This document shows, one piece after another, positions 55,088-64,000 of a DNA stretch of 64,000 nucleotides. The position numbers were made by a program, and so were the translations under genes. The notes below the pieces were generated by a model. It saw nothing but the letters and a program-made list of their open reading frames with translations, had not been told where the DNA came from and searched no databases. Within the stretch, counting starts at the first letter, position 1, and every line of letters starts with the position of its first letter. This DNA is from Octopus vulgaris. Taxonomy: Eukaryota. Location: positions 67,518,001 to 67,582,000 of the forward strand of contig OX597817.1 in NCBI GenBank assembly GCA_951406725.2, read 5' to 3'.

Positions 55088-56033
55088 GTTGGTGTATATT
55101 TAAATATAAGTGGGATGCTGTTCTTTGCTCTAGTTGCCATTAAGTTCAGATGTACATGTGCTCTTTTCGAGAAATTAGCTCATTTCTGGCTAGGGGGTTT
55201 GTTTTCCTGACTTGCTGAAGGGGGTTTTGACTTGTTGTCTTGAAGAATGTAAGAAGGCGACAGAGTGATACCTATAGCTATAAGCATATGTTATGTACTT
55301 GTCTCTCTATGTATGTGTATATATTTACATGCATATGCGTGCAAATATTCACAGGCATCCGTGCATATGTGTATCCGAGAGAGAGGGAGGGAGAATAAAC
55401 ATACGTGTACGTATTTTTATATATACATGCATTACAGATTCTGTAAGAAATCTGTAAAACTTGCCCAGAAGTTTATTATTTACGTATGTATGAGCATGTC
55501 TAGATATACAAGTATATGGAGAAGACATTCATAAAACAAAGCTTACAAAAATATCCTGTTGATGTTGAAATTTCAATGAAGGAGCCTTGGATCTAGGTTA
55601 GAAATCTGCTCTTTCTATTGGCAAGAAATCTTGATAAAGCTGAATAACCACACACACACACATTTCAATGGTGTTTCCTGCATAAATTCAAATGAATGTA
55701 ATTGACAAATCAGATTTTAACATAAATCTTTCATTTCTTTTTTTTTTTTTTATGAGAGACATCTGGCGAGAGGATAAACATGTATGCTATGCGTACGCTA
55801 CATCTATTATATATGGTCTTGATTTTATAAAAAAATTTACATAGCTTTTATATCTTAAAGTTGTGTGCTCTGACTTAACTATCAGAAATTTGACTGTATG
55901 TTGGTAGAAACCTTTTTAAGCTATTGGGATGTGGAGACACACTATTGAAGATCTGGTTTTCATGTCTTTTTATCTAGATTATGTCAGGTTATTAAATCCA
56001 CAGTCCCTCTGTTTTTATATATTTTTTTTACAG

Positions 56034-56110
56034 TAAACTCAGAGGAGATGAGTTCAAATTCAGCACTACTACTAAGTAATGCTGATTTTGGAGTACTCTC
56101 ACATTTTACA
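56034..56110 (+). CDS. Candidate 77-bp exon, possible first coding exon (MSSNSALLLSNADFGVLSHFT from ATG 56048); product unknown
   Basis: Acceptor TTTTTTTTACAG| and strong donor ACA|GTGAGT; one frame is open; protein not recognised. Confidence 0.45.
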
Positions 56111-56901
56111 GTGAGTTCATACTAATCTGCAGATGTTGCTGCTGTTACTTCACTTTAGGTCAACCCTGATTGGGTATAATTATAATCAAAGGTTCCAGTC
56201 ATGATTATCCTATCTTGTCATACATTGTGTGTCTGACTTTTTTATTTTCAAATTGAAGATATCCTTTTTAAGATTACTAGGTATAATGTAATAGAACTCT
56301 GGCTGCTATTTCTAGCTCTCTTCTTGGCTCTTCAGCAAGGTGAATGGATTTATCAGCTTCATTATAAATATGTACATTTATGCATGCCAGTGCAGGTTGG
56401 GGATTTAAATAAAAGTGAAGTTTGCAGTCTGTAACTGTTGTATGCAGTAATTATTTTGTTAAAATATACCAATGTTTTAACTAGCACATAAGTGCTATAT
56501 GTGTAATATAGCTTAGTGTGTGTGTGTGTGTGTTTCTAGATTACTAATACAGGAAATGTTCGAATATATATGCAGAGTTGTGTCTGTGTGTACTTCACCT
56601 TGCTGTGAAATTTTGCACCTTAAGGACTTTTGCAGCAGGATTGTTACCCTCTCTTTCCAAGTTGCTGAGCTATATCGTAGTTGAAAATAAATATATAATG
56701 TAAATAAGAATGTGACTACGTAGAAGTCAATTACAAAATGGGATGAGCATAACACCTCATTCGATAGCCTTAATTTCACAGTGAGACAAAATCCTAAGAG
56801 GATTCCCATAAAATCAGGAGGCAGGAGAGGTGGATATATATTTAACTACTTGGCTTCCATAGGATTATGGCCATTTCACAACCTTCTTCACATATACTTT
56901 T

Positions 56902-57165
56902 ATCATCATCGTTTAACGTCCGCTTTCCATGCTAGCATGGGTTGGACGATTTGACTGAAGTCTGGCGAACCAGATGGCTGCACCAAACTCCAATCTGATG
57001 TGGCAGAGTTTCTACAGCTAGATGCTCTTCCTAACGCCAACCACTCCGAGAGTGTAGTGGGTGCTTTTACATGCCACCTGCACAGGAGCCAGTCCAGCGG
57101 CACTGGCAATGACCTCGCTCAAATGTTTTTTCACGTGCCACCAGCACAAGTGCTAGTAAGGCGGG
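56902..57165 (-). mobile_element. SINE/LINE 3' part, family 4
   Basis: Homologous to 32253-32380; (ATG)n tail on the minus strand. Confidence 0.8.
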
Positions 57166-57711
57166 AAGAAATTATACATACATGTTTGTATTAATGTGTA
57201 TGGTCAACATTAAAGAATACAATTGTATATTCACAAATTAATGCAAATAAAGGAAGCTAGCTCATTAGATCATGAGAACATCATGGTTACTCCAGGACAT
57301 TCTACATTACACATTTTTGTAATCAATTAGTATATGGGCTGTTAGCTGAGATCATAAGAGGAACTATATGGTGTAGCTGCATAATTCTCTGAATCTCCTC
57401 ATTTACAGATGTGATTCTCTGTGTGTGCACAAAGCTTTCTTTCATTGAGGGGATTAACTTAGCTATCCAAATACTGTACCATGACCGCAGTAAATTGATA
57501 TTTATTTTCATATTAATATTAACAGGCATGACTGTGTGGTTAAAAAGTTTGCTTCCAAATCACTTGGCTTCGGGTTGCAAATGTCTTCTGCATCCCCAGG
57601 CCAAAACCTTGTAAATAGATTTGGCAGATGGAAACAGAAAGAAGCTTGTCATATAGACGTGTGTGTGTGTATACATCTATGTATATGTGTGTATACATAT
57701 ATATATATATA

Positions 57712-58273
57712 CTAGCAGCTAGGCCCCGTTTCACCCGGTCGGTTTGGATGACATGGCTGTAAAACCTGCTCTGTGTAAGCATTTGACTTGTTTGGGCACA
57801 CTTACATCAAAAAACAGTTTTAGAGAATAACTTTTTTCTGTCAAAATGCTAAAAATAACTGACTAACAAAAACAATAAAAAAACAACCAAGATTCAACCG
57901 AATCAAAAAATAAACCCAAATATTAAGTGAACAAAGATGGACCATCCCACTTCCATTGCGCATGCACACACACACAAACACATTCACATACACACACATA
58001 TATTCACACAGTTGAAACGCTGTTTGCTTTACTTTTTTCAGCGTACAATTTTCATCATCCCACTACCAAGTATGACATCACCCCCTTCCTTTCTCATTCA
58101 TAAACACAAGAGTATTATTATAGTAGATTATCTTGGCAACCATGGGAGCCACAAAAAAATACAAATCCCAGCAACACCACCAAATCATTCTACACATCTG
58201 TGTAATTTTTCATGCAATTCCACCCAGCCATTTGACCGTGAATCCCAAGACAAGAAAGAATCACCCATGTCAA

Positions 58274-58305
<32 letters not shown>
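57712..58305 (-). mobile_element. Non-autonomous Helitron
   Basis: Minus-strand 3' end CCGGGTGAAACGGGG (hairpin) -CCTAGCTG-CTAG|T, the canonical Helitron terminus; 5' limit approximate, at a TA run. Confidence 0.7.
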
Positions 58306-58307
<2 letters not shown>

Positions 58308-58661
58308 GGACCTGTAGTATAAACAAGATGAGCAACACCACCTGAAATAAAGATTACAATGATAGGGTGATAACACAGTATTTGTGTATTTTAGATATTG
58401 AATAAAATGCTTTTGATCCTATATTTATACGGATTGATTTGAGACTAAAATGCAACAACAATGCAATTAACAAGAAACATCTGACCAACAACAATACTCC
58501 CACCAGTACAAACCAACCAGCTTTTGAATAAACAGCTAGCAGCTGCAGTAATAGTAACATCATGATGGCAATATCTGTAGCCACATATGTTGTATATCAA
58601 CATAATGGTGTGTATGTTTGTGAGTGCAATGAGTGTTTTATTATTGTTCAAGGTTCAAGTC

Positions 58662-58968
58662 CAGGCCTGGCCAACTCGAATTACATTGCGGACCACTTTA
58701 ATCACAGACAGTTTTTTGAGGGCCACTTGTATGCTGACAGACTTGAAAGCATTTTGCTTTCTCATGCTATTATTTCAATAATGAATGAATGATCGTTGAT
58801 TCAACATGAAAAATTATCGTTGCAAAACAGTAGTTTCTTTCTCTTTTACTTTTCATTACAATCTTTAATTTTTGATAAAATTTTTAGATGTTTGTTTAAA
58901 TAAACCTATTTCAAGAAAGTGTCAAGTGGGCTGCATGTGGCCCACAGGCCTCCAGTTAGCCAGCTCTA
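58662..58968. mobile_element. hAT MITE
   Basis: CAGGCCTGGCCAACT / AGTTAGCCAGCTCTA termini, GGGCTGCATGTGGCCC subterminal palindrome, TSD TTCAAGTC/CTCAAGTC. Confidence 0.75.
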
Positions 58969-59199
58969 CTCAAGTCAGAGATGCAAGTATAAAGTCCTTG
59001 TGAACCTGGTAACCCTTTAAGTGACTGTAATTGTTCAATACTTCCTCCCACCTCACTCCTTCGTCTTTTCATTTCTATTCTTATATCAATAAGAATAAGA
59101 TAACAATTTTTTGCTTTCGCAAAACAATGCTTTCCTGATACTATTTTATTTTTTACTACACATTTGTTGTGCATAATTGTTGATTGATGCCCCTGTTGG

Positions 59200-60720
59200 A
59201 TTTACCTACAATTCAAGATACCAGGAAAGAGACCATCAAGTGAAACTGAAGGTTGTAATACAAAAAGGAACTGTAAAAGGATTACTCTGTATATTAAACT
59301 TGCTGTTTTAAAAAGGCTTGATGCAGGAGGAGAAAAAAAATCATCCACATTACCAAAGCATTAAAGCTTGCAACCAATACATAACAATAGTGAGAAAATT
59401 AAATCAAGTGCTTGAAGTTATTCTGTTAACTGCTTGGAGCTTAGTTTATCATAGATCTAATGTAATGTGATGCTTAAAATGGAAGGACTCTTGGGTGTAT
59501 GGACCTAGAATCAAATTCTCTGCATTGTGATTATCAGCACAATGGTAATTATAAAAAAAAGCCAATTTGCAGAAAAAGGAAGGTGAAATTTCTACTGAAA
59601 AATCTTTTCTGGCTAATAAAGGCTGGTTTGAAAGTGAATCTGCTAGTGCTGATACAAAGGATGCTTCTATTTGTACTGACCAGCTGAAAACAAATGATTG
59701 CTGGAGGAGCTATGCACCCATTCAGGTATACGTTGTTGAAACAGCACTTTTCTAGAAGCTCATACCTGCTTGAACTTTGTTTCTTGAGAAGAAAAATCAA
59801 TGCCAGGATTTAAAGCGTCCAAAAATAGTCTGCTACTTCTTGAAGGAAATACCACTGTTGATATGAAATTTAAATCCGAAAATCCATGGGCTTTCAAGAG
59901 TTAAAGAAAGCTTAATTTGCATCTGATTTGGTGTTCAAATGAGAAGGCAAGGTTGACTGAAATTCTTTTCTTAAGAGTGGTTTATAAGCATTTTAGAACA
60001 GTGCAGTACTAAGCATAATATTTGCAACAAAGCATTGCTCCTTTTAGACAATGCAGCTAGCCACCCAGTAAATTTAAATGAGCTTTCTGAGAATATGAAA
60101 GTAGAATATATTCCCAATAATATGAATTCTTTGCTCCAGCCAATGGATTAAAGTGTGATAGCTACTGTTAAGGCATATTATCTGAGAACTTTCAAACAAT
60201 TCAAGAAAATATTTGAAAGTGGGGATAAACATAGTTCAGAGCTTCCAGAAGAAATTCAACATAATGGATGCTGTGATTAAGATTGGTGAGTCATGGAATG
60301 AGGTGCAACCCTCAACTTTGAATGGCGCTTTAAAAAAATAAATGGGTAGACTATCATGACTTTACAAGATTTCCATAAGCTGAAAGTCTACATCAAGTTC
60401 TGAAAGCTAGTGTGACACTTGAAAATGGTATAAAGTTTGAAAATGTCATAGAGGATGATGTGGTGCTAAAGTTTATCTAACGAGAAGCTGGTAATGTTAG
60501 AACAAGAGCCAGTTAAAAATGCAAATGAGGATACGGAAATTCCACCAACTCCACTTAAATTGACTGCAAAGAATATTGCTAAAGGGTTGGCACTTATAGA
60601 GGAAGTTGCTGCAAGTTTTTATTGATAACAACCTTAATTGTGAACTTTACATAAAAATTACAAAAATTTAAATTGAGCTCAGTTCTTACACTTACTTAGC
60701 TTACTCTTTAGATGATATAC
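59200..60720 (+). pseudogene. Decayed Tigger/pogo (CENP-B-like DDE_1) transposase
   Basis: KRITLYIKLAVLKRLDAG (psq HTH), FLANKGWFE.ESASAD, QVYVVETALF, PGFK, LLLLDNAASHP..SLLQPMD*SVIATVKAYYLRT; many stops and frameshifts. Confidence 0.9.
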
Positions 60721-61629
60721 CATAAACACTGACCTGCTTTAGGTGAGTTCTTCAATTTTCAAGCAGGTACTGATGATGATGATGAACTATAAGACAGGTG
60801 CCCTCATCCTTCTAGTAACTCTCATTCTTCCACCTTTATCCCTTACATAGTAGTCAAACATCTTTTGTGGCAAAAATGTAAACTCGATGTTTTTACATAT
60901 GCATATCGTATCATGTATGTTTAGAAATTGCTATTTTCATGCATAAAAGTGGCCTTGTTGCTTGTTTTGTTCTTTATAAAGAAAATCCATCAGAACACAT
61001 CACTTTGTAACAAGGAAATCAATAGAAGAAATTTTGTGTTACAAGTTTCTCAAAAAGACACTACTCCCATAACCTGGAGAGTCTTGTATATATGTGTGTG
61101 TGTGTGTCTGTATAGAGATAAATAGATAGATAGATATCTTGTCTTATATATCAACATAATCATTTTCATATCTGCTTGTTTACTCTTACTCTTTCACACA
61201 CACACACTCACAATATGTATATCATGATCATTATTGCTTTATTAAGTCTTGTTACATGCTGGTATATGTTGGATGACACAGCATCACGTCATTCATTGTC
61301 CGAGCTTTTCAATACAAACAGCAGAAAAATAGAGCATTATTTGTTGTATGTATTGTTTGTGCTTGGTATGATTTTTATGGTTAGAAGTTCTACCTATTGT
61401 GCGTCAAACATTTCACAGCATTGACTGGGTGCATTTCATTTTGCCTCTACCAAGACTAAAAAGTCCCCACAACTGAACATTAAGCTTTTTTTTATTCAAA
61501 GTTACTGCTTTCTTATAACCTGATATATCTTTCATCTGGTAATAATGAGAAAGGTTTTTAAAAATCAGATTTAAGGTTGAAATTGGTTACTAGAGGTACT
61601 ATTATTCAATAAACATTAGTGTGTGCATG

Positions 61630-61997
61630 TGCGCAGAGTTCATTTTGCAACAACATACTTACAAATTCAGTCCCACCGTGCAGTACCTTGATCAAGTGTC
61701 TTCTACTATTGTCCCAGCCAAACCAATGCCTTGTGAGTGAATTTGGTAGGTGGAAACTATGTGAAAGCCTCTCAAATATGTATGTATATATGTTTGTGTG
61801 TATGTCTTTGTGTAAGTCACTGTTTGACAACTGGTGTTGGTTTTTTTATATTCCTGTAACTTAGGTTTCACAAAAGAGACCAATAGAATGAAAACTTTAA
61901 AGAAATAAATATTGGGCTCATTTTGTTTGACTAAACCCTTCAGAGCAATGCCCCAGCATGGCCACATTCTAACAATTAATACAAGTAGAAGATAAAA
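61630..61997 (+). mobile_element. SINE family 1, CpG-decayed
   Basis: TTCAGTCCCAC..AAGTGTCTTCTACTAT..AAAAGAGACCAATAGAAT..CCCCAGCATGGCCAC. Confidence 0.75.
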
Positions 61998-62305
61998 GGT
62001 AACTACTTAGAGATACTTTAAAAATGAAAGGATATGGAAATACCGTTTAGCTGCATATTGAATCAGGATATTAACAACACTACCCAATGTAATGTAGCAC
62101 ACTGTGGTAAGATTAACCTTGTAGCATTCAAACCAGACATATCTGGCTGAAATATTCTACCTGTTCTATGTTCAAGCCAACCAACTAGATCTGACTTTTC
62201 ACACCTACCTTACAATGTCATTCTGAAAATAAGTTACATCATCACAATCTCAAAGCTATGAGATAATGCATGATTAATTCAAAACAGTCTAAATAAATAT
62301 GTGTG

Positions 62306-62349
<44 letters not shown>

Positions 62350-62586
62350 AGGCAAGTATATCACTCTGTAAAGAAACCAGTTTGTCTGGAGCCCATCCAT
62401 GGATTTACAATATTACAGTATTAGAATACTTGGAGTTCTTCTCTAATCTAAATAATATTGTTAGCCTGGTGTGCCAACAGAGAGCTTATGAAGTATTTTG
62501 CCCAGATTAATAATCCCTCACTATTAGTTCTCTGTCTATATATATATATATAGTAATAATAATGATAATCCAAGGATGGAATTTCG

Positions 62587-62913
62587 TATTTTAATGCATC
62601 ACTGTGTGCATTTCCACAAATCACATGTTTGTGACTATATTAGGATGATTACAATATAATTTGTAATATCCATGGATATTAGGGTTAGTCATTGTTCATG
62701 CATTCATTTTGTTGGGCAATATAGCATCAGAATTGAAAGTAACAAATGTCGTTACTTCCAACTTTAATGCTGTTATTGCCTGACAAAATGAATGCATGAA
62801 CAATGAATGATTAATCATAATATCCGTGGATATTGCAAATTATAATGGATGCAAGGTTATAGTCACAACCAACATGTGTTTTGTGGAAACACATGTAGCG
62901 ATGCATTAAAATA
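62587..62913. repeat. ~325-bp imperfect palindrome (hairpin MITE)
   Basis: TTTTAATGCATC..TTTCCACAAA.CACATGTT..TCATTGTTCATGCATTCATTTTG is mirrored around a short loop at ~62745. Confidence 0.85.
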
Positions 62914-62914
62914 T

Positions 62915-63117
62915 TTACTCTTTTACTTGTTTCAGTCATTTGACTGCGGCCATGCTGGTGCACCGTCTTTAGTCGGGCAAATCGACCCCAGGACCTTATT
63001 CTTTGTAAGCCTAGTACTTATTCTATCAGTCTGTTTTGCCGAATCTCTAAGTTACGTGGATGCAAACTCACCAGCATTGGTTGTCAAGCGATGTTGGTGG
63101 GACAAACACACACACAC

Positions 63118-63158
<41 letters not shown>

Positions 63159-63318
63159 TACGACGGGTTTCTTTCAGTTTCCGTCTACCAAGTCCACTCA
63201 CAAGGCTTTGGTCTGCCCGAGGCTATAGTAGAAGACGCTTGCCCAAGATGCCATGCAATGAGACTGAACCTGGAACCATGTAGTTAGTAAGCAAGCTACT
63301 TTCCACACAGCCACTCCT
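62915..63318 (-). mobile_element. SINE family 1, near full length
   Basis: Collinear with 3159-3608. Confidence 0.9.
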
Positions 63319-63754
63319 AATATTCCATCGTTAGACTATTATTATTATTATTACTATATCTTATGTTATATTGGCACCAGTTGGAATTACTAGACTGGAG
63401 CCAGCATAATAACATAGAAACTTTTATGTGTGTGTTTGCATTTTCCTCTGTTTTTCACATTTACTTGCTTATTATAAACATTCAAATGAATGTGTCATTG
63501 CTTACAGTCTTCAACAAAAATATGCATGATTATTAAGAGTGTAAAAGGACTAAATAAAACATTACTTTGCTTGGAGACTAGTGAGGGTTGGTAACAGGAA
63601 AGGCAATTGGCCACACAAAATCTGCCTTGACAAGCTTTTTCTGATGTCTGCAAGCATGGAAGAGTGAACATGAAATGATGATGAAGATGATGATGACAGT
63701 ACATATGTGACCTGTGTATATATATGTATGCATATATATTAATGTGCATGTGTG

Positions 63755-63833
<79 letters not shown>

Positions 63834-63857
63834 GTTTGTGTACATTTCTTCTCTGTG

Positions 63858-64000
63858 AAGGTGCATGGCTCAGTGGTTACAGTGTTGGGCTCACAATCAA
63901 GAGGTAGTGAGTTCAATTCATGGACAACTAGGCTGAGTTGTGCTCTTGAGCAAGACACTTTATTTCATGTTGCTCCAGTTCACTCAGCTGTAGAAATGAG
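63858..64000 (+). mobile_element. tRNA-derived SINE head (further family), runs off the window end
   Basis: TGGCTCAGTGG (A box), GAGTTCAATTC (B box), CTTGAGCAAGACACTT..CCAGTTCACTCAGCTGT. Confidence 0.8.

Overview
AT-rich, microsatellite-saturated animal DNA, not prokaryotic. The SINE families and the (TA)n/(TATC)n/(CATA)n load look like an octopus (coleoid cephalopod) genome; this is recognition by eye, not a database result. There is no complete protein-coding gene, and almost all ORF-track entries are microsatellite artefacts. The window holds many tRNA-derived SINEs (at least four families) and LINE remnants of several clades: Tx1/L1 with zf-RVT inserted in (TATC)n, R4/Dong-like in (TAA)n, RTE and CR1. 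It also has decayed mariner and Tigger/pogo transposases, Helitron ends, and MITEs with readable TSDs (hAT, Tc1/mariner, piggyBac, GG-terminal Merlin-like). A CpG-rich promoter-like island sits at ~17.8-18.0 kb, with a few candidate + strand exons downstream (25.3, 55.0, 56.0 kb). The most notable signal is about ten type I hammerhead-ribozyme motifs in four unrelated small palindromic/tandem repeat families (6.2, 9.1/11.9, 15.2-15.6, 35.1-35.4 kb), most next to (TA)n arrays, which suggests Penelope-like or retrozyme-like non-autonomous elements. Other observations: a SINE that shares its 3' tail with the Tx1 LINE, a near-perfect ~370-bp templated inverted duplication, and two CpG-depleted domains.
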